A DNA stretch of 64,000 nucleotides from Candidatus Dojkabacteria bacterium. Lineage in GTDB: Bacteria > Patescibacteriota > Dojkabacteria > J137. A program made the translations under genes and the position numbers. Positions 52,898 through 63,857 of the stretch are shown here, piece by piece. The DNA lies in the NCBI GenBank assembly GCA_030834985.1, contig JAUQWV010000006.1:140168-204167 (forward strand), written 5' to 3'. The notes under the pieces were generated by a model. The model was not told the DNA's origin and did not search any database. It was given only the letters and a program-made list of their open reading frames with translations. Position 1 is the stretch's first letter. The number at the start of each line of letters is the position of its first letter.

Positions 52898-53000
52898 AAC
52901 CAATCCCCCATATATATCGTTATATAATTATAACATTTAATATCCTTTACTAACCACTCTGCTTGCTTTATCATTAAGTCAATATTGTTATAATCTTTGC

Positions 53001-54101
53001 ATGAAAAAGACCATTCAAAACTTAGAAATTCCAAGTATTTTCTTTTTAATTTCTTTGGTGCTGTTAGGTTTGGTTGTATTTAGACTATTCTCTCCTTACT
53101 TAAATATAATTATCATTTCTTTAGTAATTACTCAGATATTTCATCCTCTTTACAGATTTTTATATAGAAAAACCAGAAGTGCTGGCTTAAGTACACTAAT
53201 ATCAGTATTAACAACATTAATTAGTGTTATTGTTCCATTAATAATTATCCTAATCTTAACCATAAATGAAATTAGGACTCTTACTGAATCAGGTAATTTG
53301 CTAAATATTGTTGGAAATCTTGAAGGCTCAATAAATAATTCAATTAACAATATTAATAACGGTATATTAAGCACTACCGGATTTCAACTATCGCAACTTG
53401 AACTAAGAGCACTATTAATTGAACTTTTAGGCAATTTAAGAGACCAGCTTTTGCCAGTTGCTTCACAGATATTGTCACTAAGCGGCGAAATTTTGTTTAA
53501 TCTATTCTTACTAGTGTTATCCCTAGGCTACTTTTTCCCAATGTTCGATAAATTACCTCAGATACTTAGAAAAATTTCGCCGTTGGACGATAAAGTAGAT
53601 CAGATCGCATTTGAAAAGTTAAGACAAACAACAAAAGGAGTTCTTAAAGGTACTTTGGTTGTAGCAGTATTACAAGCTACTGCTGTATTAATTCCAATGA
53701 TGTTAATGGGAGTTGGTGCACCAATATTACTTTGGTTAATTATGGTATTTTTATCAATAATACCTGTAGGATCGGGACTTGTATGGGGGCCAGTAGGAGC
53801 AGCTTTTATACTGGGAGGACTTTCTACTGGAAATTCAACTCAAGTAATCTTAGGCGTACTGTTAATTATTTATAGTGCAATTATTATTAATGTAATTGAC
53901 ACTACATTCAGACCTAAATTAATGCGTGGAGCTGTTAACATACATCCATTAGCTGCAGTATTCAGTGTATTAGGAGGACTTTCAATGTTTGGCTTCTTGG
54001 GTATTCTTTATGGGCCAATGCTTTTAGTTGTATTCTTATCATTTGCAGAGATTTACAATAAAAATTTTCTAAAAACGGATGGGCATGAAATTTCTACATG
54101 A
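53001..54101 (+). CDS. AI-2E family transporter
   Basis: Multi-TM; 'LSIIPVGSGLVWGP'; 'IDTTFRPKLM...IHPL...GGLSMFGFLGILYGP'. Confidence 0.92.
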   Translation: MKKTIQNLEIPSIFFLISLVLLGLVVFRLFSPYLNIIIISLVITQIFHPLYRFLYRKTRSAGLSTLISVLTTLISVIVPLIIILILTINEIRTLTESGNLLNIVGNLEGSINNSINNINNGILSTTGFQLSQLELRALLIELLGNLRDQLLPVASQILSLSGEILFNLFLLVLSLGYFFPMFDKLPQILRKISPLDDKVDQIAFEKLRQTTKGVLKGTLVVAVLQATAVLIPMMLMGVGAPILLWLIMVFLSIIPVGSGLVWGPVGAAFILGGLSTGNSTQVILGVLLIIYSAIIINVIDTTFRPKLMRGAVNIHPLAAVFSVLGGLSMFGFLGILYGPMLLVVFLSFAEIYNKNFLKTDGHEIST

Positions 54102-54330
54102 TAAGCAATTTTACTATTCACTCTTAATTGCAGTATTTACAGGATTAGCATTCATTATATATATGCTAACTATTGGCATACCTAAAACTGCATCCGCTAA
54201 TTATTATCATTTAGCTAAGCAGCAAGAAGGACTTGGAGATTTAGATCTAGCAAAGAAATATTTAGAACTTTCAATCAATGCTTATCCAGAAGAACCTGTT
54301 CTTGAAGATTACGAAAGATTGGCCAAATAA
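54085..54330 (+). CDS. Small membrane-anchored TPR-like protein
   Basis: TM followed by 'YYHLAKQQEGLGDLDLAKKYLELSINAYP'. Confidence 0.6.
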   Translation: MKFLHDKQFYYSLLIAVFTGLAFIIYMLTIGIPKTASANYYHLAKQQEGLGDLDLAKKYLELSINAYPEEPVLEDYERLAK

Positions 54331-55235
54331 AAGTAATTCTTAAACTCATCACGTTTTTTACCTTCCTCTTGAAGCTCTAAAACTTCTAAGCATCCATTCT
54401 CTAAACAAAGCAACAGTTTCTTATCTTTTTTTATAAACTTTAATCCTTCACTGCTTTCTACATGTTCAGAAACTATCGCTTTAAAAATTTTTATCATTTT
54501 GCTATTTACACTCACCCAAGCAACAGGCCATGGATTAAATGCTCTAATCATTCTTTCTGCTAATTTAATATCAGTATCAAATTTTATTTCAGCTTTTTCT
54601 TTTGAGATATCATCTTTGTAGCAATAAGTAGCTTTTGTTTCCTCTTGCGGGTGCTCTTCTACTTCGCCAGCTATCCATGCTGGAAGAATTTCTTCAAGAA
54701 GCTCGGCTCCATCTTGTGCAAGTTCATACATTAAAATATCTGTAGTTTCTGTTCCATTTAGAAGTTTCTCTTTTGTTCCAATTAAAGGGCCAGCATCCAT
54801 TTGATAAACCATTCGCTGAATTGATACTCCTATTTTTTCTAACCCATTGAGAATAGACATTTGAACAGGAACAGCTCCACGTAGTTGAGGTAGAATCGAT
54901 CCATGAATGTTCAAAGTTTTGTACTTAGGATAATTCAAGAGCTCTTCAGGCAAGATTTGTCCGTAAGAAGCTACAATTATTAATTCTGGTTGATATTTAT
55001 CCAGTAGGATCTGGGATTCTAAGCGAATTTTTGCAGGTTTTTCGATAGGTATATTAATGCTACTTTGCTGCAAAAATTCGCCCACAGGCGTAGCTGTAAG
55101 TATTTGCTTCCTACCTACCGGCTTATCCGGCTGAGTGATAACTGCGGTTAATTCAATTAAATCGCTATGCAAAAGTTTGTCTAAAATCGGGACTGCAAAC
55201 TCTCCACTCCCAATAAAAATTGTCCTTATCTTCAT
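54309..55235 (-). CDS. fmt: Methionyl-tRNA formyltransferase
   Basis: FIGSGEFAVP; TQPDKPVGR; NIHGSILPQLRGAVP; MDAGP; RAFNPWP. Confidence 0.97.
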   Translation of the reverse strand: MKIRTIFIGSGEFAVPILDKLLHSDLIELTAVITQPDKPVGRKQILTATPVGEFLQQSSINIPIEKPAKIRLESQILLDKYQPELIIVASYGQILPEELLNYPKYKTLNIHGSILPQLRGAVPVQMSILNGLEKIGVSIQRMVYQMDAGPLIGTKEKLLNGTETTDILMYELAQDGAELLEEILPAWIAGEVEEHPQEETKATYCYKDDISKEKAEIKFDTDIKLAERMIRAFNPWPVAWVSVNSKMIKIFKAIVSEHVESSEGLKFIKKDKKLLLCLENGCLEVLELQEEGKKRDEFKNYFYLANLS

Positions 55236-55328
55236 AAACTTAATTTTATCATAGCTAGCGCTGAATATATTTGCCTGACTTTATCTTTAAGGTTAAAATT
55301 AATCGCTTAAGTATTTATTCATTCAATT

Positions 55329-58304
55329 ATGTTCAACAAGCCAAACCCAAAGCAAAAGTTCTTTGAACTGGAGCAAGAAATACTAAAGTTATGGAAAGCA
55401 AAAGACATTTTGAATAAATCAATTGATTCTAGACCTGAAGATAAATCTAAAACCTTTTATGATGGGCCTATCACCGCAAATGGCGCTCCACATATGGGTC
55501 ATGCTCTCACATTTTCAATGAAAGATATAATTCCACGATATTGGACAATGAAAGGATATAAAGTAAATAGAAGCTTGGGCTGGGATTGCCAAGGTTTACC
55601 TGTTGAGTATGAAGTTGAAAAAAGCTTAGGTTTTAAAGAGAAAAAAGATATAGAAGCATTCGGAATTGCTAAATTTAATGAGCTTTGTCGCAATCTCGTT
55701 TTAGAAAAAAGAGACAAGATAATTGAATTGGAAGAGATGATGGGTAGGCTTACAAATTCAGAGGAAGAATACGCAACAATGGATGCCACTTATATTGAAT
55801 CAATTTGGTGGTCTTTAAAAGAGCTATATACTAAAGGTTTACTGTACGAAGGATTCAAAGTTGTGCCATATTCTACAAGAGCTGGCACAACACTATCTAA
55901 TGCAGAAGTTGCGCTGGGCGGATACAAGAATTTTGTAGATCCTGCAATTACGGTTGAATTTCCATTAGAGGAAGATCCTATGGTTGTTATACTTGCTTGG
56001 ACAACTACTCCATGGACAATTCCAGGTAACCTTGGATTGGCTGTAGGTAAAGACATTACTTACATAAAAGTGCAGAAAGAAGGAAGTAATAAAAAATATA
56101 TTGTTGCAAAAGATTTAGCTGAATCTGTGTTTAAAGATCAGTCTTACAACGTAATTGAAGAATTAAATGCAAAAGATTTAGTTGGTAAAAAATATATCCC
56201 TCCATTTCAATTCTATAAAGGTAGGCCAAATGCACATCAAGTGTACGAAGGCTTTCATGTAACTACTGAATCTGGAACAGGAATTGTGCATTTGGCCCCT
56301 TATGGAGCTGAAGATAATGAAATATTCCAACAAGTTGGAATTGAAAGCTTTGACTACTTAGATGAACAAGGAGATTTTAAAGCAGAAATTGCACCTTACG
56401 CTGGAATGAATTATCGAGATGCAAATCCAAAGATTGTTGAAGATTTAAAAGAATTAGGTAATTTATTCAAGCACGAAGAGTATGAGCACGAAATGCCTAT
56501 GTGCTGGAGAACAAATACTCCATTAATCTACAAGCCCATAACATCATGGTATATAGCAATGAGCGGTCTTAGAAAAGAATTAGTTGCAAATAACGAAAAA
56601 ATTAATTGGAACCCTAAGCATGTAAAACATGGTAGATTCGGCAATTGGCTAGCAGAAATTAAAGATTGGGGAATCTCTAGAAGCCGATACTGGGGAACCC
56701 CTATTCCAGTTTGGAAAAGTGAATCTGGAAAAGTTATTGTAATTGGATCTTATGAAGAATTAAAAAATTACTCCGGTGTAGAAGTTACAGATCCACACAG
56801 ACCATTTATTGACGATGTAACTTTTGAACATGATGGCGAAACATATAAAAGAATTCCTGATGTATTGGACGTTTGGTACGACTCTGGAGCAATGCCATTT
56901 GCAAGATTTCACTATCCATTTGAAAACCAAGAGAAATTTGAAAATAAGTTCCCTGCAGAATACATTGCAGAAGGTGTAGATCAAACAAGAGGCTGGTTCT
57001 ACTCTCTTTTAGCTGAATCTACAGCACTTTTTGGTAAAGAAGCTTACAAAAATGTATTAATCAATGGAACAATAGTTGCTGATGATGGCGCCAAATTGAG
57101 TAAGAGTAAAAAGAATTATGTCGAGCCCGACATCTTGATCCAAGAATTTGGCGCCGACGTAATCCGTGTAAATTTCTTCAGTTCACCAATAGCATCTGGG
57201 GAAGACGCAGCAGTTAGTCCTAAAACTTTAAAGATTCAAACGCAAGAATTTATTCTTCCATTATGGAATATATTTACATACTTGATTACCTATGCAAATA
57301 TTCATAACTGGGAACCTAGTGAAAAATTAGCATACAATCAGCGAAAAGTTATAACTGACACTCATCCATGGGATCATATTCCATTTGACGATGTTGAAAA
57401 TGAACTTAATGCATGGATAATTTACAGATTGCAAGAAACAATTCATAACACAACAATTGCGCTTGATGCTTACGAAATCCAAAAATCGATTAAAAATATT
57501 AAAGATCTAATTGATGATATTTCAAAATGGTTTATTAGAAGTTCTCGTGATCAATTTGCAGAAGGAAATCAGGATTCTTTAGATACACTTTACTATGTAC
57601 TGGTAGAAACATTAAAGCTGCTTTCGCCATTTACTCCATTTATTACGGATCATATGTATCAAGAGCTTGTATTTAATAAGCTAGAAGGAGCTCAAGAGTC
57701 AATTCACTTAACAGACTATCCAGAAGCTGACCGGGCATATATTGAACAATACTCTCATTTAGCAAAAGAAATGGAGATAGTCCGAAAAATCTGTGAACTT
57801 GGACACACTTTAAGAGTTGCCAACCAGATTAAAGTAAGGCAGCCTTTGGGCCAACTACACATTAAAAGTACAAATGAATTGGTTCCAGTGTTGAGTCCAT
57901 GGATGACAAGAATTATTAAAAACGAATTAAATATAAAAGAAGTTTTAGATAAGCCAAGCATAACTGAAAGCGACACCCTAAAGGCTGCCGAAGATACATC
58001 ATTAAATATCATTGTCGGATTAGATATAAACATTTCAGATGAATTAAAAGATGAAGGTTTAGTACGAGAATTAACAAGAGGTCTTCAAGCTGGCAGAAAG
58101 AAAAAGGGTCTACAACAAGGAGATATGGTAACCGTATTATTAAATACAGATAATTCAGGTTTGAAATCAACTATTGAACGTAATATTGAACAAATCCAAA
58201 AAGCCGTTAACGCAAGCCTTATACAATTTAAAGAAGAGCTAAACGAGCCATTCGAAATTCAAATAGAAGGCGTTACATTAAAGGCTGAAATATCAGTAAA
58301 TTAA
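55329..58304 (+). CDS. ileS: Isoleucyl-tRNA synthetase, type 2 (eukaryote/archaea-like)
   Basis: FYDGPITANG-HMGH; GWDCQGLPVE; WTTTPWT; DQTRGWFY; KLSKS; IleRS2-type C-terminus EGLVRELTRGLQAGRK. Confidence 0.96.
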   Translation: MFNKPNPKQKFFELEQEILKLWKAKDILNKSIDSRPEDKSKTFYDGPITANGAPHMGHALTFSMKDIIPRYWTMKGYKVNRSLGWDCQGLPVEYEVEKSLGFKEKKDIEAFGIAKFNELCRNLVLEKRDKIIELEEMMGRLTNSEEEYATMDATYIESIWWSLKELYTKGLLYEGFKVVPYSTRAGTTLSNAEVALGGYKNFVDPAITVEFPLEEDPMVVILAWTTTPWTIPGNLGLAVGKDITYIKVQKEGSNKKYIVAKDLAESVFKDQSYNVIEELNAKDLVGKKYIPPFQFYKGRPNAHQVYEGFHVTTESGTGIVHLAPYGAEDNEIFQQVGIESFDYLDEQGDFKAEIAPYAGMNYRDANPKIVEDLKELGNLFKHEEYEHEMPMCWRTNTPLIYKPITSWYIAMSGLRKELVANNEKINWNPKHVKHGRFGNWLAEIKDWGISRSRYWGTPIPVWKSESGKVIVIGSYEELKNYSGVEVTDPHRPFIDDVTFEHDGETYKRIPDVLDVWYDSGAMPFARFHYPFENQEKFENKFPAEYIAEGVDQTRGWFYSLLAESTALFGKEAYKNVLINGTIVADDGAKLSKSKKNYVEPDILIQEFGADVIRVNFFSSPIASGEDAAVSPKTLKIQTQEFILPLWNIFTYLITYANIHNWEPSEKLAYNQRKVITDTHPWDHIPFDDVENELNAWIIYRLQETIHNTTIALDAYEIQKSIKNIKDLIDDISKWFIRSSRDQFAEGNQDSLDTLYYVLVETLKLLSPFTPFITDHMYQELVFNKLEGAQESIHLTDYPEADRAYIEQYSHLAKEMEIVRKICELGHTLRVANQIKVRQPLGQLHIKSTNELVPVLSPWMTRIIKNELNIKEVLDKPSITESDTLKAAEDTSLNIIVGLDINISDELKDEGLVRELTRGLQAGRKKKGLQQGDMVTVLLNTDNSGLKSTIERNIEQIQKAVNASLIQFKEELNEPFEIQIEGVTLKAEISVN

Positions 58305-58927
58305 TGGATGAGGAAATATTACAAGAGAATTTAACCGTCCCTGTTCTCGGATTTAATGTGCCGATAGAAGTTTACGACTTCTTTAGAACTGCGGGTATTG
58401 TTCTTGTACTCTGTATACTTGTTTACATATTTATTGCTACACCAAATCAAGTTGAAGGAGATTCGATGATTCCAACTTTAAGCAATAAAGATTTAATAAT
58501 TACAGATCGAGTCAGTCAATGGATGGGAAATATTCTTAAGGATAGTACATTTAGTTACGAAAGAGGCGATATCATTGTCTTTCAAAAACCTGGATTTAAA
58601 GACTTTGTAAAAAGGATTGTAGGTTTGCCAGGCGAAAGAATCTCTATTCATAATGGCCGAGTCTTTATTAACGAAGTTGAGCTTACCGAAGACTATATTT
58701 ATCAAGATTCAACAATGGGAGGTAACTTTATTACTAACGACGGACAAGAGATTCTTGTTCCAGAAAATCGATATTTTGTTTTAGGTGATAACCGCATTGA
58801 CAGCCTGGACTCACGATACGAAGATATTGGATTAATAAACCGTGACTGGATTAAAGGGAAAGTACTATTAAGATACTGGCCGCTCACAGTGTTCAATGTG
58901 TTCGAAAACCCCATGTATAATATTTAA
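58304..58927 (+). CDS. lepB: Signal peptidase I
   Basis: GDSMIPTL; FVKRIVGLPGE; GDNRIDSLDSR. Confidence 0.96.
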   Translation: MDEEILQENLTVPVLGFNVPIEVYDFFRTAGIVLVLCILVYIFIATPNQVEGDSMIPTLSNKDLIITDRVSQWMGNILKDSTFSYERGDIIVFQKPGFKDFVKRIVGLPGERISIHNGRVFINEVELTEDYIYQDSTMGGNFITNDGQEILVPENRYFVLGDNRIDSLDSRYEDIGLINRDWIKGKVLLRYWPLTVFNVFENPMYNI

Positions 58928-58964
58928 TCTTGCCTAAAATCAATTAATCTTGTAACGTATAGGT

Positions 58965-59768
58965 ATGATATTTGCAATTACAAATCAAAAAGGTGGAGTT
59001 GGAAAAACCACTACTGTTTTAAATTTAGGAGTTTTCTTAGCAATAAAAGGTAAAAGAGTTTTGTTAGTTGATATTGATCCTCAATCGAACTTATCTTCAG
59101 GTTTAGGAATTACCAGAAGTGGTGATCAGGAATTCAAAACAATCTACGAATTACTTGTTAATAGAATTCCATCCAAAGAAGTAGTCAAACAAACAAGAAT
59201 CGAAAATTTAAGCATTATTCCATCTGGTATTGAATTAGCAGGTGCTGAAGTTGAACTTGTAGGTGCACTATCACGCGAAAATATTTTAAAAAAAGCATTA
59301 GAAGAAGTTAAAGATAACTTTGACTACATTTTAATTGACTGCCCTCCTTCACTGGGATTACTTACAATTAATAGTCTTGTTGCTGCAGATCAAGTTGTAA
59401 TACCTGTTCAATCAGAATATTTTGCATTAGAAGGTTTAGGTCAACTTATCAACACAATTACACTCATTCGAGGATCATTAAATCCAACAATGGATATTGG
59501 AGGTGTCATCTTAACTATGTACGATAACAGAACAAATCTAAGTCGTGATGTAGCGGGTGAAATTGAAAAACACTTTGAAACAAAATTGTTTAAAACCGTT
59601 ATTCCAAGGAATATCCGACTGTCAGAAGCGCCATCTCACGGGCTTTCTATCTACGAATATGCAAGAACATCAGCTGGCGGACTAGCCTACGAAAATCTAA
59701 CTGATGAAATTATCGAACGCTTTGATAAATCGATAATGAGACGTCCTAATTTATTGAAATCGTCTTGA
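58965..59768 (+). CDS. parA: Chromosome partitioning ATPase ParA/Soj
   Basis: NQKGGVGKTT; DIDPQ; DCPPSLG; RLSEAPSHG. Confidence 0.96.
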   Translation: MIFAITNQKGGVGKTTTVLNLGVFLAIKGKRVLLVDIDPQSNLSSGLGITRSGDQEFKTIYELLVNRIPSKEVVKQTRIENLSIIPSGIELAGAEVELVGALSRENILKKALEEVKDNFDYILIDCPPSLGLLTINSLVAADQVVIPVQSEYFALEGLGQLINTITLIRGSLNPTMDIGGVILTMYDNRTNLSRDVAGEIEKHFETKLFKTVIPRNIRLSEAPSHGLSIYEYARTSAGGLAYENLTDEIIERFDKSIMRRPNLLKSS

Positions 59769-59816
59769 AGTAGCAAGTCATTTGTGACAAGATAGTTAAT
59801 AGTTTAATTATTCTTT

Positions 59817-60674
59817 ATGGCAGAAAAAAAATCTGGTTTAGGAAAAGGTTTGTCGGCACTAATCAATGCAAGTGCTATTCCAGATCTATCACAAGGTTTT
59901 ATCCCTAACCTGCCAATCAATTTAATCGTTCCAAATCCCTACCAACCAAGAATTGAGATGAATCCAGAGCACCTGGTTGAGCTGGCAGATTCTATTCGTG
60001 AGCATGGAGTAATCGAACCACTTTTAGTAACTAAAAAAGATGCTAATAGATACGAGTTGATTGCGGGAGAACGAAGGTGGCGAGCTGCAAAGCTAGCCGG
60101 TATGGAGACAGTTCCAGTTGTAAACAAAGAGGCTTCGCCTCAAGAGATGTTGGAACTGGCTATTGTAGAGAATGTGCAGCGAGCTGACTTAAATCCGTTA
60201 GAAGAAGCTTTAGCTTTTCAGCAACTTGTAACAACTTTCAGTATGACTCATGAACAAATCTCAAAGAAAGTTGGACTTTCCAGACCTGCAATTGCTAATA
60301 AAATTAGACTTTTAAGTTTACCAGAAGAGATTAAACGAGGACTTCTAGAAACTAAAATCTCAGAAGGTCATGCAAGAGCACTTTTAGGCTTACATAATCC
60401 AGAAACATTAATTGCTGCATACAAAATAACTATTAGAGATAATTTGTCAGTTAGAGCTGTTGAAGAATTAGTTAGAAGATTAAATATGGGTAAAAAGATA
60501 AAACAGCGAAAAGATATGAGAATTATTGACGAAAAAACTACAGAGATAGAGTCTTCACTAAAAGATAAATTTGGCGGACAAGTTACCTTATCCCGATCGC
60601 AAAAAGGCGGAAAGATTGTTATTCCTTTTAAAAGCGACTCAGAGCTCGATAAAATCATCTCAAAACTTCTTTAA
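59817..60674 (+). CDS. parB: Chromosome partitioning protein ParB/Spo0J
   Basis: GLGKGLSALI; NPYQPR; GERRWRA; ENVQRADL; GHARALL. Confidence 0.96.
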   Translation: MAEKKSGLGKGLSALINASAIPDLSQGFIPNLPINLIVPNPYQPRIEMNPEHLVELADSIREHGVIEPLLVTKKDANRYELIAGERRWRAAKLAGMETVPVVNKEASPQEMLELAIVENVQRADLNPLEEALAFQQLVTTFSMTHEQISKKVGLSRPAIANKIRLLSLPEEIKRGLLETKISEGHARALLGLHNPETLIAAYKITIRDNLSVRAVEELVRRLNMGKKIKQRKDMRIIDEKTTEIESSLKDKFGGQVTLSRSQKGGKIVIPFKSDSELDKIISKLL

Positions 60675-60718
60675 AAGCTCGTTTAGTAGTAAAATTTCCC
60701 TGTTTATACTAATTTGAT

Positions 60719-61942
60719 ATGCCAAGAGTTTTAATATCTGCCGCACACACTCTAGAAAATCCAGGCGAGGTTTTTGGAGATCTTCGAGAAGCAGATCTAA
60801 CAAGAAAAATACTAAAAAAAACTATTCCCTATCTTGAAGCACATAAAATTGAATTTCAGGCTGTGCCATTAGACTTACAGCTGCTTAAACGAATTGATTG
60901 GATTGCTCAAACCGGTTACTCCAGAGAGCAAGGAGATATTTTTGTTGAAATTCATGTTAATGACGGTGGCAAACGCGGTGTTGAAGGCTGGTTTGAAGGC
61001 AAAGGCTCCCCAGATAACAATTCTCAAAAGCTAGCTGAAACTATAGTAAACGGTATCTGTAAACAAACAGGATACGCTAACAATGGTATTAGAAGTGAGT
61101 TCGAGCATGAGCTTGGATCACTTATTATTCTAGATCAAATCAATCCTATTGGAACATTAGTTGAATGCTTGTATATAGATAATCCTGAAGATATTGTAAT
61201 TTTAAAAGATGAAACAAAGCTTGACGATCTGGCCAAAGCAATTGCAGATGCAATAAATGATTACATTAAAAATGTAGCTCCCACACTTAAATATGCAGAA
61301 AAAGCTAGGCCGAAAGGCATGCCATTTCCAGGCGGATTTTCTTCGCCTATAGCCAAAAATGTAGCGCCTTTAAATCCGCCTGCAAGCCCATTCATACAGT
61401 CACACCAAGCAGCTTCTTCCCCTTTTAATCCAGCAGGCGCACAAAAGCCTGTTTTAATGGATCGTGAGGAACGAAAAGAAATGATCAAAAAAATCTACCA
61501 AAAAGTTTTGAATAAAGAACCTAGTCAAAATGACTTAAATTACCACTTAAACACTGGTGTAACAGAAGCTGAGTTAATTAAAAAGCTTGTTGAAGGTCCA
61601 GATCACGAAAAAATCTTACAAGATGCAAAAGAATTTAAGGAATTAAGCATCAAAGTTCAAAAACTTGAAATAGAAGCTAGTCAATTAAGGGCGAGCCAGT
61701 CTGATGCCCAAGTAATGCAGGAAAGTATGAACCGCCTTTTAGAATACAAAAATATGCTGATATCTCGGCTCGCCCAGGAACTTGCTAATCACGGCATAGT
61801 AGTTCATGGGGCACATATTGATTCTATAGAAGCCCAAAAAAGTAAAAACTCTTCTCCACTCCAAATCGCCACCGAGCGCCCTGAGAGCAAAAAAGTAAAA
61901 AAAGGTATAGTAGATACCATAATGGACATCTTCAAGCTATAA
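60719..61942 (+). CDS. N-acetylmuramoyl-L-alanine amidase (Amidase_3) with Pro-rich linker and helical/coiled-coil C-terminus
   Basis: ISAAH...READL; VEIHVN; LVECLYIDN zinc/catalytic pattern. Confidence 0.82.
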   Translation: MPRVLISAAHTLENPGEVFGDLREADLTRKILKKTIPYLEAHKIEFQAVPLDLQLLKRIDWIAQTGYSREQGDIFVEIHVNDGGKRGVEGWFEGKGSPDNNSQKLAETIVNGICKQTGYANNGIRSEFEHELGSLIILDQINPIGTLVECLYIDNPEDIVILKDETKLDDLAKAIADAINDYIKNVAPTLKYAEKARPKGMPFPGGFSSPIAKNVAPLNPPASPFIQSHQAASSPFNPAGAQKPVLMDREERKEMIKKIYQKVLNKEPSQNDLNYHLNTGVTEAELIKKLVEGPDHEKILQDAKEFKELSIKVQKLEIEASQLRASQSDAQVMQESMNRLLEYKNMLISRLAQELANHGIVVHGAHIDSIEAQKSKNSSPLQIATERPESKKVKKGIVDTIMDIFKL

Positions 61943-62155
61943 GCCCCCAAATATCTCAAAATTAGGGTATAATTACACTTAGTAGTTCAAAAAATTACTG
62001 AAAGTTTGCTTAATGAACCATTTTATTTACAAATGTACAAATTACTTAAGTTGAAATATATAACTTCCTTGTATATTAGCGTTTCTAGCAATCGCTTAAG
62101 TCCGCATACTTTCAGATAATCTTTACTACAAAGATTAATTTTAATTTATACATTT

Positions 62156-63733
62156 ATGGACACAGCATTATTGCTTGTTTTTGCAATATTGTTAGTGCTA
62201 GCTACCCTATTCGGTGCTGTTGCCGTTTACTTCTTTACGCAAGTTAAAAAAGTAAAAGAGGACGCAAAAAAACAAGTAGAAGAAGCCATTCAAAAAGGAA
62301 AAGCAATGGCTGATTTAACTGAAGAACAGGCAATCGAAAAAGCTAGTCAAATTGCAAAAAACAAACTGTTAGAAGCAGAAAAAAGGGCCCTAGAGCTAGA
62401 AGGTCAAGCTCAAGCTACTGCTCGTGATGTCAGAGAAAAACTGAAAGAGCAAGAAAGGATCTTAGATGATCGTGAAAGAAATCTTTTAAGCCGATCTAAA
62501 AGTATCGATGAACGTGCAAACGCAATCGAACAAAAAGAAAGAAGTCTTGAACAAGCTAAAAGAGATGTAACAAAAGTTCGGGAAGAACTAGGCGTTAAAC
62601 TTCAGCAGATTGCAGGATTAACAAAACAAGAAGCAGAAGCACAGCTAAAAAGCCAGGTCGAAAAAGATATGCAAGACTGGTATGCCAAACGAATCAGAGA
62701 GGCAGAAGATCAGGTAAAAATGAGTTCCGACGAAATCTCTAAAGAGATCTTAGTTGAAACTATGGTTAATAGTGCAACTGACTATGTTGTAGAAACTACA
62801 ACTACAACCTTTACAATTGACGATGAAGCAATGAAAGGTAAGATTATTGGTAAAGATGGAAGAAATATTCGAACTTTCGAAAAACTAACTGGGGTTGATT
62901 TAATTGTTGACGAAGCACCTAACCAAGTTACCCTATCCTGCTTTGATCCAATCAGAAGAGAAGTTGGCGCGTTAGCACTTAAAAAGCTGCTTGAAGATGG
63001 AAGAGTTCACCCAGGTTCTATTGAAGAAACTGTAGAAAAAGTTAAAAAAGATGTTCTAAAAGTTATAAAAAAGACCGGAGAAGATATCGCTTACGAAACT
63101 GGATTTAACAATTTACCTAGCGAAATCATTATGCTTTTAGGTAGATTTAAATACAGATTCAGTTTTGGCCAGAACTTAGTAAAGCATACCCTTGAGATGG
63201 TTAAAATCGGTGAATCTTTAGCTATTGAAATGGGAGCTGATGTAGAAACTACCAAACTAGCCTGCTTACTACACGATATCGGGAAAGTAGCACCTGAAGA
63301 AGGCAAGCAACATCACCATATATCTGGCGAAATCGCTCGAAAATACTTTAAGAATAACGATAGACTTTTCAATGCCATTGAAGCTCATCACTACGATATT
63401 GAATCTAAATATATTGAAGCTGAACTTGTAAGAATTGCAGATGCAATTAGTGGAGCAAGACCAGGTGCACGAAGAGACTCGTATGAAGAATATATTAAAA
63501 GAGTTAGAGCCTTAGAAGATATTGCAAGAAAACATGGTGGTGTTAAAGAAGCTTACGCTATACATGCAGGCCGTGAGGTTAGAGTTATTGTAAAACCTGA
63601 AGAAGTAAATGACGAAGATACTAAAGTAATGGCACACAAAATTGCAAAAGAGATCGAAGAAACCCAAAATTACCCTGGTGTAATCAAGGTAAATGTAATT
63701 CGAGAACTAAGAGCTACTGAGGAAGCTAAGTAA
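62156..63733 (+). CDS. rny: Ribonuclease Y
   Basis: N-terminal TM; coiled coil; KH (KGKIIGKDGRNIR); HD (LLHDIGK); ADAISGARPGARR. Confidence 0.97.
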   Translation: MDTALLLVFAILLVLATLFGAVAVYFFTQVKKVKEDAKKQVEEAIQKGKAMADLTEEQAIEKASQIAKNKLLEAEKRALELEGQAQATARDVREKLKEQERILDDRERNLLSRSKSIDERANAIEQKERSLEQAKRDVTKVREELGVKLQQIAGLTKQEAEAQLKSQVEKDMQDWYAKRIREAEDQVKMSSDEISKEILVETMVNSATDYVVETTTTTFTIDDEAMKGKIIGKDGRNIRTFEKLTGVDLIVDEAPNQVTLSCFDPIRREVGALALKKLLEDGRVHPGSIEETVEKVKKDVLKVIKKTGEDIAYETGFNNLPSEIIMLLGRFKYRFSFGQNLVKHTLEMVKIGESLAIEMGADVETTKLACLLHDIGKVAPEEGKQHHHISGEIARKYFKNNDRLFNAIEAHHYDIESKYIEAELVRIADAISGARPGARRDSYEEYIKRVRALEDIARKHGGVKEAYAIHAGREVRVIVKPEEVNDEDTKVMAHKIAKEIEETQNYPGVIKVNVIRELRATEEAK

Positions 63734-63780
63734 GATAAACAGAAGACCTTAGATCTTTGCAGTTTAATAGATCTAAATCA

Positions 63781-63810
63781 ATAAAGGGCGGCTTTTAAGC
63801 CGCCCTTTAT
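63781..63810. terminator. Bidirectional terminator after rny
   Basis: ATAAAGGGCGGCTT-tt-AAGCCGCCCTTTAT. Confidence 0.85.
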
Positions 63811-63857
63811 TAAATGGTTCTAATGAAACTGAAACTATTCATTCATTAGAGCATTTA

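Noticed and set aside
58930-60720. parS site near parAB
   Set aside because: No match to TGTTTCACGTGAAACA seen by eye.
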